Positions 39,763 through 55,300 of a stretch of DNA of 64,000 nucleotides are shown piece by piece. The position numbers and the translations under genes were made by a program. The notes beneath the pieces were generated by a model. It was given only the letters and a program-made list of their open reading frames with translations, made no database searches and had not been told where the DNA came from. Position 1 is the first letter of the stretch, and each line of letters begins with the position of its first letter. This stretch comes from Octopus sinensis. Taxonomy: Eukaryota. The stretch spans positions 34,224,001 through 34,288,000 of the forward strand of contig NC_043014.1 of the NCBI RefSeq assembly GCF_006345805.1. Direction: 5' to 3'.

Positions 39763-40348
39763 TCAATCTGTCTGAAATTTTGATTGCATGATTGTTAGTG
39801 CAGGATTTCAGCTGGAAACAGTTCCATCATAGTTTTATATAAGAACCTTTATATCCCAAACACTGTATTATAATATTTTAGTATATCACTCCAAATTCTT
39901 GATTATTTTGAAAATTGAGACATAAGCTATCTGTTCTGAGAAATAGTCACAGAAATGTTGTGTTACTTTTATATCAAGTCTGAATAAGTTTACATTGGTT
40001 TTTTCTTTCTGTAATTATCTAAGCAGTTTTACTGGGTCATTTATTTCACTGTTTTCTTTATTAAGAATATAGTATCTTCTTTCATTTATCGTAGACTTAA
40101 ATTTCTAAAATTTTATAATTTAAAACAATAAATTACATTAAAATACTAACCATAATTTTCATATTTTAATTTAAATTTAGTATTTTTAAAAATAATAATA
40201 TAGTTTTATGCACCATCCCTCACAAATACTATTTATATTGCTACTTACAGAGGCTTTCATGCAGTAGTGTTTGGCCTAGACGGTGAAATACTCCAGAAAC
40301 TAACAAGACTTGCACCACCTGTTGGCTTGAAACATCAACTTCCCCAGG

Positions 40349-43300
40349 ATGGCTAACCCACTAGCAGATCTGGTCCTTCAACTTTGCAAGAGGAATCAGT
40401 ATTGCTCTTCAAAGTTCCAAGAACTCCAGCATAAAGAAGAATGGACTACATCAAATAAACAAGAGGTTCTTGCACTTCTAGCAGAATTATTCCTTCATCC
40501 AACATGTACTGAAGATGTAACATATTGTAGCAGTACAATTCTATTAGATTTGGTTGAGAGAGTAAAAAGCATGGTAGTGAGTAGTGAGAGCAGTCAGACC
40601 ACTTCATTGCACCAAACATTCTGCATTGCTCTCAGTAAAGCTGTTAGTACATGCCCTTCACTTAAGAAATTTTTTATATTATATCTCAAAAACAGTTCAC
40701 CTTTCTTGTATTCAGAGCAAGATGTTACTGAACCAGCATCCAAAAAAATGAGACTGGAGTACAGTCAGTTATCATTATCAGACTCCCATCCTTTAGAACT
40801 TGTCCAGACAGCTTATCGCTGTGTTGTGATTTTTGGTCGTGAATCTGAATCAGTGATTTCACCGGAACATTTATTACCATTTTTATCAAATGCTAACAAA
40901 GATGTCCAGTGGTTTACTGTGCAGACACTTGCAACTCTTTTGCAGATGTCTGCACGCCAGCGAGATACTCTCATGAAACGTTACTTTCAACGTGAAGAAA
41001 TGGTCCAACTGATGTTACGCTATAGAAAGCTTCTGCTTTGGCCAGAAACAAATGTCAATGACAATAGAGTAAATGACAAACAGCTAAAGACTGCTACTTA
41101 CCTGGCTGAAAACAAACTCCTTGATTCACATGTTGTTTCTGTCAGTGGCATACTTCTTCCTAAAATTCTGAGAAAACCTCGAGGTATGGAATCAGAACTT
41201 GTATCTGTTCCCACAACAGATAAGAACTTGCAACATCTAGGACATGAAGTTAACCTTGGTTGTCCAGTTCTACTACAAGGTCCTGTTGGGTGCGGAAAAA
41301 CTTGCTTAGTTGAATGTCTAGCTCAGATGACAGGTCGTCGGAAAAGTTCCCATCTACTAAAACTTCAACTTGGAGATCAGACTGACAGCCGAGCCTTGTT
41401 GGGCATTTATCAGTGTACTGATGTGCCTGGAGAATTTGTTTGGCAGCCAGGGATCCTAACACGAGCTGTATCTGAAGGTTATTGGGTTCTTTTGGAAGAC
41501 ATTGACCATGCTCCTATGGATGTTATTTCTTTATTGTTACCCCTCCTTGAAAACAAAGCTTTGATGATTCCCAGCCGTGGACAGAAAATAACTGCCTCCC
41601 CTGGATTTCAGTTATTTGCTACCTACCGTACTCTTCCTGGCACCGGTTCATATATCAGTAGTTACAGTAGTGCAATGTCTGCACTATTAGAAAAAAATTG
41701 GACAAAGCTCAATTTAGACCCATTATCTAAAGACGAACTTTATGAAATAATTTCCCAGAAATATCCTGCATTACATTCTATCATTGACCGTCTACTTGAA
41801 ATTTATTTCTTGTTGTCACGTGGGGAGCATGTGGGAATGATGGAAGTGGATGATGACAACAAATTCAATAGCAAGTTCTTTTCCCATGACAAGCGATTAA
41901 TATCAACCAGAGATCTCTTGAACTGGTGCAAAAGAATTGCTTGTTATGATTTAACATCCTCTGCAATTAGCCAACTTGTTTTTCAAGAAACTCTTGATTG
42001 CTTCTGTTTCAGCATCAGTTGCCCGAAACGTCGGTTGCAGCTTGCAGAAGCAATAGGTGCCAAGTTAAATATCACCAAATCAAAAGCCGAATACTACTGC
42101 ATGAAATACAAACCAAATGTGCAAATTTCCACTTATGAATTCCTAGTTGGAAGAGTTATCCTGCCTAAAATTAAACATTCGACTAAACCCATAGAATCTT
42201 CTCACCACCGTCTGTTCTCTTTTACACGGCAGTCATCTGCTCTTTTGGAAAAAGTAGCTGCCTGTGTCCAAAACAATGATCCTGTTTTGCTTGTTGGTGA
42301 GACAGGAACTGGCAAAACTTCAACTATTCAGTACTTAGCTAATCAACTTGGACACAATTTACAGGTGATCAATATGAATCAACAGAGTGACAGTACTGAT
42401 CTTCTTGGTGGCTTCAAACCAGTTGACCTCAAATTGGTTGTAAAACCTTTCAAAGATTCCTTTGAAGAATTATTTTGTAAGACTTTTTCTCGGAAGCAAA
42501 ATGTTGTATTTTTAACTCACATTGAGAACTGCTATTGCAAAAAGTCTTGGAGAGATATGTTTACCTTGATGGAACATACCATTAAATCAGCCATAAAGAA
42601 CCAGACTGAAAATTCTGAGATGTGGATGCTGTGGAAAACTCAAGATAAGAAGTTAAAACAGCTACGTCTCCAAGTGCAGAAAACTGAAAGCACTTTAGCA
42701 TTCACATTCATTGAAGGAACTTTGGTGAAGGCACTAAAGAAAGGAGATTGGGTTCTTCTTGATGAAATCAACCTGGCCACTACAGAAACATTGGAATGTC
42801 TAAGTAGCTTACTGGAAAGCAAATCTGGTTCTGTTGTACTTTCTGAACGAGGAGATCTTGAACCTGTGATCAGGCATTCAAATTTCCGTCTTTTTGCTTG
42901 CATGAATCCTGCCACTGATGTTGGTAAAAAAGCACTCACTCCAAGTGTGAGAAACCGTTTCATGGAATTTTATGTTGATGAGTTGAATGATGTTCAGGAT
43001 TTGAAAGTGTTGGTGAATGATTATTTATCTGGTTTGTCATTGTCCCCTTCTCAAATAGATGGACTGGTCAATTTCTACATGCAAGTTCGTGTTCTAGCTA
43101 CCAAACAGCTTACTGACGGCACAGGCCATAAACCACATTACAGTTTAAGAACTTTCTGTCGTGCCCTGATGTGTGCATCATTTAATCCTGGCGGAGTGAT
43201 AAATCGAACCCTGTATGAAAGTCTTTGTATGAGTTTCCTCACTCAATTAGATCGTTCCTCATACCCATTAGTTGAACAGTTGGTTTGTCGCCTACTGCTT

Positions 43301-46300
43301 CAAAAAGCTGACATTAATTCATTGTTAAAAAGACCCATACCAGAGCCCACCATCAGTAAACACCTACAATTTGAAGGTTATTGGATTCCTGTTGGTTCAT
43401 GTGAGCCACAGGTTCCAGAAAAATACATCCTAACACCTTCTGTTCGAGCAAACCTAAAAGACCTTGCGAGAGTTGTTTCAATTGGGAGACACCCTGTTTT
43501 ATTACAAGGAGAAACGTCTGTTGGTAAAACTAGTCTTGTGCAGTGGTTGGCAACATCAACTGGCCATCGTTGTGTGCGGATTAATAACCACGAACACACA
43601 GACTTGCAAGAATACATTGGCAGTTACGCAGCTGATGAGACAGGAAAGTTAGCTTTCAAAGAAGGTGTGCTTGTTGAAGCTATGAGGCAAGGTTATTGGA
43701 TTATCTTGGACGAACTCAATCTGGCTCCTACTGATGTCCTTGAAGCACTGAACCGTCTTTTAGATGACAACCGAGAACTTTTCATTCCAGAAACACAAGA
43801 AATGGTAAAAGCACATCCTAAATTTATGCTGTTTGCCACACAAAATCCTCCTGGTCATTATGGTGGAAGAAAAGCATTGTCTCGTGCATTTCGCAACAGG
43901 TTTGTTGAACTCCACTTTGATGAAATACCCAGTGATGAATTGGAGACAATTCTGAGTCAGAGATGTGACATACCACTATCATATGCTAAGAAACTAGTAA
44001 AAGTCATGTTGGAGCTACAGACACGCCGTAGCAGCTCAGCTGTCTTTGCTGGAAAACAAGGCCTCATGACCTTACGTGACTTGTTTCGTTGGGCAAATCG
44101 TTATCATTGCTCTGTAGCTGACGAGAGTAACTACGATTGGAATCAGCATATGGCAGATCATGGCTATATGTTGATAGGTGGCAAGATGCGGAAACCAGAG
44201 GAAGAAGATATTGTACGGGACATTCTTCAGAAGTTTTTCCGACGTAAAGTGTGTCCAGATAGTTTGTTCAATTTATCTTCAGAGACATCTATTACAACAA
44301 TGGCCATGTTGAAAAGATTAACAAGTGATACGCTTGATAACTTTATGCATATCTTTTGGACCTGCAACATGCAGCGGTTAGCTGTCCTTGTGAATCAAGC
44401 CTTGCAGTATAAAGAACCAGTCTTACTTGTTGGTGATACAGGATGTGGTAAAACGACAGTCTGTCAGATGTATGCTGCTATGGAAGGAAAAGAATTGTAT
44501 TCCATCAACTGTCACTCCAATACTGAAGGTTCTGATTTCTTAGGTGGCCTACGTCCAGTACGAAACTCAAATAACATGGAAACTGAAGAAAATGACGATA
44601 ATCAGCATGTAAATAAGCTATTTGAGTGGGTTGATGGCCCACTGGTGCAAGCTATGCAAACGAGTTCTCCATTTCTAGTTGATGAAATATCTCTTGCTGA
44701 AGATTCTGTTTTAGAACGCCTGAACAGTGTGCTGGAACCCGAACGTACTCTACTGCTCTCAGAGAAAGGCAGTGGTGATGCTGTGGAAAATAAAGTTCCA
44801 TTGATTACTGCCAAAGAAGACTTCCGTGTACTTGCAACAATGAACCCAGGTGGAGATTTTGGAAAGAAAGAGCTCTCACCTGCACTACGGAATCGATTTA
44901 CTGAGATTTGGTGTCCCCAAGTTGCATCTCCTGGGGATATGGTAAGCATCATTCAACACAACCTCCAGCCAAGCATTCGTTTCTCTGATAGATCATCTGA
45001 AGGCGATACAGAAGATGACGAGATGGACATTGCTAATGCTATAATGACTTTTGTTGAATGGTTTACTTGTACAGACTTTGGCAAAAAGTGTGTTGTCAGC
45101 ATTCGAGATCTTCTTTGTTGGGTGGACTTTCTCAACACCTGCTCCTTGTCTTATGAGGATGATGATGATGAATTAATGGAAATATCTAAAGTGGATACTT
45201 CTGTTGCTTATGTACATGGTGCGTGTCTAGTTTTCCTTGATAGTTTGGGGACAGGGACAACTGCACGAGTAAACAGAGAAGTTGAAATACAAAATTTCAA
45301 AGAAGAATGCTTACAATTCCTCCTTTGGCAAGTGAACAACAGCTCAACACAGAAGTTGACTATGGAGACACTTGAACTTTTTGATAAAAGACCAACAGGT
45401 TATTCTAGTGAAATTGCTATTTGTTCTGACACTCATTTTACTATTCCACCATTTAGTATACCTCGTGCTGATTCTCAAAGGTTTCAAAGTGAAAAGTATG
45501 CTTTCAATGCACCAACAACTTGCATGAATGCTCAAAGAATACTCCGGGCACTGCAGCTCCCCCGACCAATTCTGTTGGAAGGTTCACCAGGCGTAGGAAA
45601 AACAAGTTTAGTTGCTGCCATTGCTGAGGCAGCTGGGCAAGAACTTGTCCGTATCAACTTGTCTGAACAGACTGATGTATCTGATCTTTTTGGTGCTGAT
45701 TTGCCTGTTGAAGGAGAAGGATCAGGACTGTTCAGTTGGCGTGACGGGCCATTGTTACAAGCTCTCAAGAGTGGACAGTGGATTATCTTAGATGAATTAA
45801 ATTTGGCCTCACAATCTGTTCTGGAAGGATTAAATGCATGTTTAGATCACCGTGGAGAAGTGTTCATTCCAGAATTAGGCAAGACATTTTATATTCAGCA
45901 AGCCAGTACACGTATCTTTGCCTGCCAGAACCCGTATCATCAAGGTGGCGGACGGAAAGGACTACCACGTTCTTTTTTGAACCGATTCACAAAAGTATTT
46001 ATTGATGCACTCAACAGAGGAGATCTCCAGCTCATAGCTACAACTATGTATCCATCAATTCCTGAAAAACTTCTCTCCAATATGGTTCATTTTAACATGA
46101 AAATGCAAACTGAAGTGGTGTCTTTGCATTCATGGGGCCAAAAAGGTGGTCCCTGGGAATTTAACCTTCGTGATTTGTTTCGTTGGTGTGAACTGCTCAT
46201 TGATAATCAATCCCCTGACTCATTTGATCCAGGAGAGTATCTAAATCTTATTTATGCAGACAGAATGCAGACCAAATTAGACAGAGACAAAGTGATTGAA

Positions 46301-49300
46301 TTATATCAACAAACTTTTTCTTGTCTGGCTCCAATCTATCGACCTAGTGGTCATTTCTCACTTAGTCTAGACTGGGTTCAGTGTGGCCATTCTTTTCTGC
46401 AGAGACATCAAGAATACTCTATTAATATTGAAAGTAGCAAGAGTCTCAAGCTATTGCCCCAAATGCTTCCTGTTCTTGAGTCATTAATGAAATGTGTTCA
46501 AATGAATTGGATGACCATTCTTATCGGGAGCCAAAATAGTGGTAAAACCAGTACTGTCCAAATGTTAGCTGAGTTAACAGGCAATCGGCTCCAAGTCCTT
46601 CCTATGAACAGTGCCATGGATACTACTGAGCTTCTTGGTGGATTTGAACAAGTTGACATTGGTTGTCATATTGAAGAAATTGCTACCCGAGTGAAACAAG
46701 CTATAGATCATTCTTCTCGTAAACAGCTTGCACTCGGTCATTTTACTGATGTTGAGAATAATATTGCCTACCTCTATCACTCGTGGCATAAGTACTGTTG
46801 CTTTGTACCAAACAAAGGATCTTCAATGTCTAGTGCAAACGAACTAAGTTTGATGAAGAAACAAATAAAAGAATTGGATATCATCATAGGACAGCTGCTT
46901 AATCTGAACCGGGAAGACAGCAACGAACTGTTGGAAATGGACAGTCAGTTGACTACATTAAGTCAATCCCTAGAACGTATTGAGAACACCTCCAACAGTA
47001 ATACATTTGAGTGGATTAACAGTACTTTGGTGCGAGCCCTGCAGTCTGGTGACTGGTTATTGGTCGAAAATGTTAACTTCTGCAATCCATCAGTACTTGA
47101 CCGTTTGAATGCTTTGTTAGAACCCTCGGGTGTTCTGACTGTCAGCGAAAGAGGAGTCATCGATGGGGAAGTTCCAGAAATTGCTCCCCATTCAAATTTC
47201 AGACTTTTTTTTACAATGGACCCCAAATATGGAAATATTTCTCGTGCCATGAGAAACAGAGGAGTTGAAATTTACATTCTAGAAGATCCTGCTGGTGTAG
47301 AAAATTTGAATTCGGAATTTTCACTTTGTAACTCTGATGGAAGCATCCGAACATCTCGTGCACAGTTCCCCACTGCATCCTTACCTTTAATTCAACAATA
47401 TTGTTCATATCCTCTACTGACCCATGCCCAGCACTTGGTTAGTGTATATATTGAAGTTCTCAGGCAAGTTTTGTCATCTGCATATTGTTGCCCAAATGTA
47501 TCTTCATCTCGATGGCCTCTGGCCAACTTCATTCAACTTGTGACCAATCATGTTCATGGCCAAAACTGGAAACTCTGTAGTGAACTTATTTCACCATTGT
47601 TAACTGAAGTCCAGCTGGAAGTCAATTGCTCTGACTTATCTACTTATGGTGGTTGGAAATTTGTTTGTGGTCAGCATGACCTTCCGGAGCTTACGCAGGT
47701 CACACTGATTGCTCTGTTTGGCCATCCACTTAAAGATATTTTACTGAACTGTCTGAGCAGCATGAAGACTTGTAATAATGGAGCAGAGATCCTGATGAGA
47801 GGGCCCTATGATTTTCAGTGGAACAAACAAGCTTTATACAAAATGATGTCAGTATGCAATGCAGAATCAACGTCCACCATCAGTCTCTTGGAACAGTTAA
47901 CTGGAGTTATTAACAGAATCAAACTATCACAAGTTTTGACAGTTGAATGGCAGCTAAGCCAAGAGAAATACAAGAAATGGGAGGCTCTCTGTGAAGGTAC
48001 ACAGAACATCGCATCTGAAAACTCTGCTCATTTGAAAGTCTTTGTGTACATTGATAACATATTGGTTGGTCTTCGCCAGGAGCTTCGGGCAGCTTTTAGT
48101 GAACAAGGAGATTGTTCTGACAAACAGTTTTATCAGATTTACTGTGGACTACCTTGGTTGAATCGTCTTTTGGATGTGGCATTATTGCATTGGGAAAGAG
48201 AACTATCCCCTCCGAGTGCTGCTAATCTTAGTCTTGTTTGGAACTGGACATTTTCAAAACTGTTGATGCCATTAATTAGTCATAATAGTCCTGTTAAACT
48301 GTCTGACAAAATCGACAAAGTCATTAACCATCTCCATGACTTGCTCTCTGATAGAAAGTCTTCTTCAAAGCTGCTGAAAAAAATTCTTGCTTCTTGGGGC
48401 AATCCAACACCATTTTTCTCTAAGTGGGAATATCTACAGTGGCAAAAATTACAATGTCTTGCTGAAAAAATAGATATATTTGCTGAAGACAAAATCAAAC
48501 AAATCACTTTATTGCAAACAGATTTGTTAAAACTAAACAGAGCAAACATAACTGAACAATTTGTGGAACTAATCACCCAACTGAACAGTAGAATGAAATC
48601 AACCGAGAACCAGCAAATGTTTGAATCCCTTCTTGACAATTTGGAATTAAAAATAAACAGCGTTCATTCACCTGACAGCTCAGAACAAGATTCTGAATGT
48701 CAAGGTAGTACTTCAGTACAAACATTGGACAATGATCAACGTTTGTGGCCACTCTATGAACATACTGTATTGGCTGTTGAAAGAAGGATTCTCAATTTCT
48801 TATTGGAGCAGCATGAACCTGAATTAGTAACCTGGCTGCCACCATTTATAGAATTTATGAAACAACATCTTGTTGTTTCACCATTAAATCTTGCTGAATA
48901 CCGCAAACTGCTCTCATCTCTTGGACAGGGTAATTCTAAAAGTTTCTATTCTACCATTCTGTCGTCCTATTTCCAGCATTGGTGGAAGAACTCCATTAAT
49001 GGACTAAGTTTAGATGATTTCAAACTATCCGAAAGAATCCTTGGACCTGGCATTGCCATAAGCAGTTGTCTGGTTGAAGTTATACATTCTCTTATATCTT
49101 CACATCAACTAAAGTCTTATGGAAGTTCTAATTATCGTTTCTCCACGGACAATTGTGTTTTACTGCCGCAGGTAGCAATTGGTCATCACAAAAATGAAGC
49201 TCAGCTATTTGCCAAAATCCGATCCCACCTTTGGGTTCATACAGCATCTCTTTCCAGTCTTCAGTTTAATGGCAGAAATATTGAACGAAAGAATATTCTA

Positions 49301-52300
49301 GAGAGTTTACAACACACTCTCATGGCTATTGGTTTCACTTTACCTCAGTTTTGTGAGTCTGATGTCCCAGATTTACATTTGATGAATAACAAGTCTACCC
49401 ACATTAACACTTTCCTTAGCCACATGAAAGATTGTTGCTATTTTGATGAAATAGTTGTCAAACTTACCGAGAGAGCAATCAACTGCGTTCAAGACATGTT
49501 CTTAGATGCAAATGAGAGTAACACCTCTGCAATGAGCATTGGAACAGCATTAGTTCTTGTTGGCCTTCTACAAAGCTATTTACTTGGTCCTTGTGGTCAT
49601 TTGGACCCTGTAGAGAGGGACAAGCTTAAACTGTCTCATCTCCAGGAGGACTTGGAAATGATCAATTTAGAACTGAAAATGGAAAATTTGTTCAATGAAC
49701 TTATGAATGGTCAGTCATTTTTAGATCTGTGCCACAACCAGCTTCACCCACAGATTATTTGGCTAATGGAATATCGGGAAAAATTAACCAACAAAGTACA
49801 TGGCTTGTTGAGTAGGACTGCTTATCGTCCTGATATCTCCAGTTTCCCCATGATTAAACAAGAATATGCAAACTATCACATGGCTGCTGGATCACACGAG
49901 TTGATTCTCACATTTTTACATAAGGCAAAGACAATGTCTGAAGAACATTTTGAAAGTAATGAAGTCTCTCGTTTGCTTCAAGAGCTGGAAAGTTGGCAAA
50001 AGACTGTCCACAACTTTGTGCAGAAAATGCAGATTAATTATCCTGTGTATCGAGATATACTCACACCATTTTATTCTTCTCTTTATCAAATGAGTCATGG
50101 TTTTGCATTGATAATGCAGAGTTTACAGACAACATGCTGCCGGCAAAAACTGGCCAAACTGTGTAATCTTTCAAACGAAACAGAATTTTCTTGGTTGGAA
50201 AACTTATGTGTATGCATGGCAAAGTTCCCAAGCTGCAGCAGAAATTATCCTAATTTCCTTGAGTTGGCTACAGCTTTAACATCAGATCTCACTTTGCAGC
50301 TGAGTCATGCTGTTGTTTCTAGTCAAACGAAAACAGATGACTCTAAGTCCATTAGTAGAACTAATCAGGAGATTCACTCTCAACTTTTGCTCAGTGGCCT
50401 TTGCCATTTAAAAAATCACGTCCTCACAGCTCAAGAACTCAGCTCACCTGTACTAGATCGCTTTGCCAGCATTCTTCGTTTGTTTGTTAGTTCATGGCAC
50501 AAGCAACAAGAGGAGCAGAAAAGACTTGAACAAGAAAGAGATAGTTTGTATCGTTTCAAGACAATTCATCATGACAGTAGCCCCAATGACGAGAGGCTTA
50601 ATGAAATAGACTTCAAAAAGAGATTTCCCAATTATCAAAATGACTTCATTGATTTCATTCCAAGCAATCTTTTAGATGAATCATCAAATAATGTTGGTAA
50701 TAAATCAGGTGGTGATAACTCAGCTGCTGATACTGATGAAGATGAACCTCTTTCCCTGTTAATAACTAAAGAAGAGATGAAAGAAATCTGTACCATACAC
50801 CATCAAATTTTTACCAATTACACCAAAAATTCACATTGGATAGCCCCTGGCTCCCCTGAACAATATGACCCTGGGGTCGGGGTTGATCTACTCAAACCTT
50901 TTCTGCTCAACTATAAAACTGCTATGTCTCTATCTTCTTATCTGAAAGCCTGCTTACATGAAGGTTACGACATGCAAGTTGTTGGTGGGCATCTTTTAGT
51001 AGTTGCTGCTTTAGAAGAAGTAATCAATCATAATGAAACAACTAAATTAGGTGTTGTTAAGGAACCTGCACCTGAGCGCTACTATGATGTCTATCAAGAT
51101 GCTAACATTTCAGAGATTGTTCAGGCTGAACCAGTTCTGCGGCGTCTTCTACAGAGACTTAGTCAGTTACTGGAAGAATGGCCAGATCATCCGACATTGA
51201 GACAACTGGAAACTATATCAAAAAGAATTCTTACTTTTCCACTAACCAGTCCAATTATGAAAATTCTATCCGGATTGGAACTTCTTCTCTACAAGGCACA
51301 AGACTGGGAAAGTGTTGCTGCTAAACACGTGTCTCTTGAAACAGAGTTACATGATATTTCAAATCTGATTGTTGACTGGCGGAAGTTTGAACTTAGCTAC
51401 TGGAAGAATTCTTTGGATATTACTTCTCATGAAGTAGAAATTGAAGCATGCCAGTGGTGGTTCCATCTCTACCAACTTGTAATATCTTTTGTGACACCCG
51501 AAACTGATGATGTTGATAAGAGCAAACCAGTTTCAGATATAGAGAAGGAAATAATTGCATCATTGAAACTTTTCTTGGAGAACTCCAGTCTGGGTGAGTT
51601 TAAAGCTCGCCTTCAGATAGTTTATGCATTCCACTGCCAACTAATAAACATGGATACTTCACCTCAACAACAACTAATGTGCAGATTACTCTGGAATATA
51701 CATGAGTTTTATAAGCAGTTTTTGCCTTTTGTTGAGGCTGATATTGAACAAAAGAGAGTGCCAATTGAAAAAGAGCTGAAAGGATTTGTCAAGATAGCTC
51801 GTTGGAATGATATTAATTATTGGGCTTTGAAACAGGATACTGATAAGACACACCGAACTGTCCACAAACATATTCGGTCTTTTAAGAAGATACTCCATGA
51901 GTCTGTTAAAACTGTCCTTGCAAGTAATAAAAGTCTAATTAACACTGACACCAATAATGAAGATTTATCTGCTGAGGTGTGGATGCGTCCTATAGCTCTC
52001 ACAGAAGATAAATGTGCAAACAAAGAATTTGAAATTTGTCTCCCACTTGCTCCAGAAAATAGTTTGATGTCACGATTGACTCACCTAATGCCTCGGGCTT
52101 GTAAACATTATCATGATCTTGAAAAGAAGACTCCTTACTTAAAATTGCTCTTAGCTTTTGATGAGTTTACCTGTGAAGTAATAGAAGGCATTGAAGAAAG
52201 GAGCAGATTACATGTTTCACCATCACTCGAAATAGAAAAGCAGAAGAAACAAGCCAAACACATTAACTTGAAGCAGAGACAAGGCTTATCTGAATTATAT

Positions 52301-55300
52301 CGAAACTTAACCAAAATTGGCCTTTCCTACAAAAAGGGCTTGATAAGATCTGAGCAACGTCACAGTGATGATTTTCTGTATGTTGATCCTGTTGATGTCA
52401 AGACTTCTATAGACATGATAGGAACAAGTTCACCCCATTATGCTCCGGTTTTTAAAAGTATGTGGCAATCTGGAGAGCAGTATTACTGGAATTGCTTAGC
52501 ACGACAAGCCCAGCTCAAAGTGATTTTAGAAAACCCAGAAGCAAAAGACTTTGGTTTAAGTAACGTTGATCGGTGTCGTGGATACAGCGAACATTTAAAA
52601 CAAATCCTGCTTAACCAACATGCCAAATTGTCTGCTTTCACAAAAAGTTACTGCCAGTATCACAAAATGATCCTAGAGATAAAAAATCCAGCTCTACTCA
52701 AATCTTCATCTTTTCCATCTCAAGCAGAATTCTCAAAATGGTTAGACACTCTAGAGAATGTTTCTGTGAAGTGTTGGCAAGGCCTCAGCCAATTCCAAAT
52801 GTTACTAAAATGTTGTCCCCAGGCCAATCCTTCTGGAAACACATCATGTGTAACACCATTACCTGTGCACATGCTGCCACAGACTGCATTTATGTCCATC
52901 AATAATCAAACATGGAATGTGTGTATTGAAAAAATAAATGACATCCTGTCCAAATTGAAAACTATTCTGAAAAAACCTGTCACTAAACTTAAAACCAAAA
53001 GCATTTTCTCCTGGAACGACTTATGTTTCTTAGATGCTGGTTATCTTCGACTTAAGGAGTCATTGGTACCTTTACAACAAATCAAAAGAATGTTCTTAGA
53101 ACCAGAATATAATTCTGACAGTTCCTTCAGTGAATCCCTTTCATTTCTCCAGTTAGAAATTGAAACCAACACCAATGCATTTTTTATATGGAAACAGAGA
53201 CAGAGTGACATGAAAACAGAAGTTCTTACAACTATGACACAACAACTCAGTGGTCAAACATCCGACTGTGAAGGTCTTTCTGATGTTAACCAGAAAGACA
53301 GAACATTGCCTTTTGACATGTCACTTAATGATTTAACTGACAGTTTTGATAATCTAATCAAGCAAGTCTTACTTGCTATACAGAAGTTACTGGAAGCCCA
53401 TAAAAAAACAGCTAAAAGTGATGATCCTCCCAAAGGTAGTGGTGATAAAGAAGGCTCCTCTCCTGAAACATGTGATAATGATATTGAGATACTTAATGGT
53501 CATCTAACACAGTGTCTCCAGCAATCTTTGTTTACTGACATCAAGAATTTAGATTGTGACAAAGTTTTCAAAATTATCAAGGAACTACTACAAGTCATAC
53601 AGTCACCCAGTGAACATTTAGCTAAGTTCAGTCAGCAACAAATGGCTTCTGAGTTATCAATGAAATCCATTTGGTTGAAATGCTTTGTCGGCTGTCTTCC
53701 TTTGCTTGAGTTGTTTGAATGTTTATTGGAGAATTATCTGCTGTACCTGTTGGTTGCATACCGAACAACAGCCAAGTTGTATTCTGAACTCTTGACTCAT
53801 TTCATTGAACTTGCAACAAAAGGGTTCTTTATCCTGCCTGAATTGTCAGATGAAACACAAGAAGGCGCTACTCAGTTTGAGGATAAAGAAGATGCAGGGA
53901 TGGGTGAAGGTGAAGGAGTGAAAGATGTATCTGACCAGATAGAGGATGAAAACCAATTGGAAGATGTTCATCATAAAGACAAGCAGAAACCTGATGAGCC
54001 TGAAAACCAGCCAGATATAGCATCAGAGGATAACGCAATTGAAATGTCTGAAGATTTTGATGGCAAAATTCATGATCCAGATGAAGAAGTTGATGAAAAT
54101 GATTCTGAAAATGAAAATGAAGATGAAGAAGATATTGACAAGCAAATGGGAGATGTCGAAAGCAAAGGATCTGATAAACTTGATGAGCAACTTTGGGGAT
54201 CTGATGAAGAAGATGAAGAAACTCCAATGGAAGAAGAGAAAGAAAGTGGTACTGGTGCTGGCCAAGAAGAGGAAAAACAGATTGTTGCCAAAAATGAGAA
54301 TGAAGTAAAAGCAGAAGAGAAAAAGAATAAAGATGAAGGAAAGGAGGAGGAGGAGGAAGAAGGGAAAGAAAATCCAGAAGATAAGAAAGAGGATAAAGTG
54401 AATGAACCTGAAGCAATGGATGAAAGTGAATGTAATGATAAAGTTGACCCCTATCATGGTAAACCTCAACAAGAAGAGACTGCTGAGAATCTGGAACTAC
54501 CAGAAGATTTGAAATTGGATGAGGCTGAAAATGATAAAGAGAAAGAGGAAAAGATGGATACATCATTGCAGGAAGATGAAGAGAAAGATAAAGACCCAAC
54601 TGAAGACAAAGAGACTGCATCTATGGATGAAGAACCTGAAACACAGGAAAGAGAAGCAGAAAAGGATAAAAAGGCTGATGAGATGGAGGAAGAAGATGGT
54701 TCTGGGAACGAAGGAAAATCAAAAGAGGATCCTACTGCACCTCCGGAATCAGTTGAAGAAGATGAGGGTGTAGAGGAAGAGGAGGAAGGTGTTAAAGACA
54801 ATAAGGCAGATATGAGCGATGCGGAAGATGAAGAATCAGAGAAAACTAAAAACATAGATGACATACCTGCAGTTGTAGAGTTAAAAGAGGAGAACAAGGA
54901 TGAGAGTGGAGAAGACGATGATAGTGAAGCTGTCAAGGATGCTTCTAAGTTTTATGGCATGACTGATGATCAGAACCAAAAGGCTGAATGTGAATTTGCA
55001 TTGGACACAGGAGGTGATAATGAGAAAGAGAAAGACAGAAAACAACAAACAGATGGTGCCAATACGGCACCAAGTGATGCTGAGGCCTATCACAGTAAGA
55101 CATCTACTGAAATTAGTCATGGAACAAATGAGGATGATAGCCAGAAACCCCAGACCCGAAAGCCTGGTATGACCGATGACAATCGCAGTCTTGGAATGCA
55201 AGACAAACCCCACCAAAGACATGCTAGAACTATTGAAGAGATTCATCACGATACTGGAATGGAGGAAGAGGTGGAGAAGCCAAAAGATGAAAAGGCAGAT

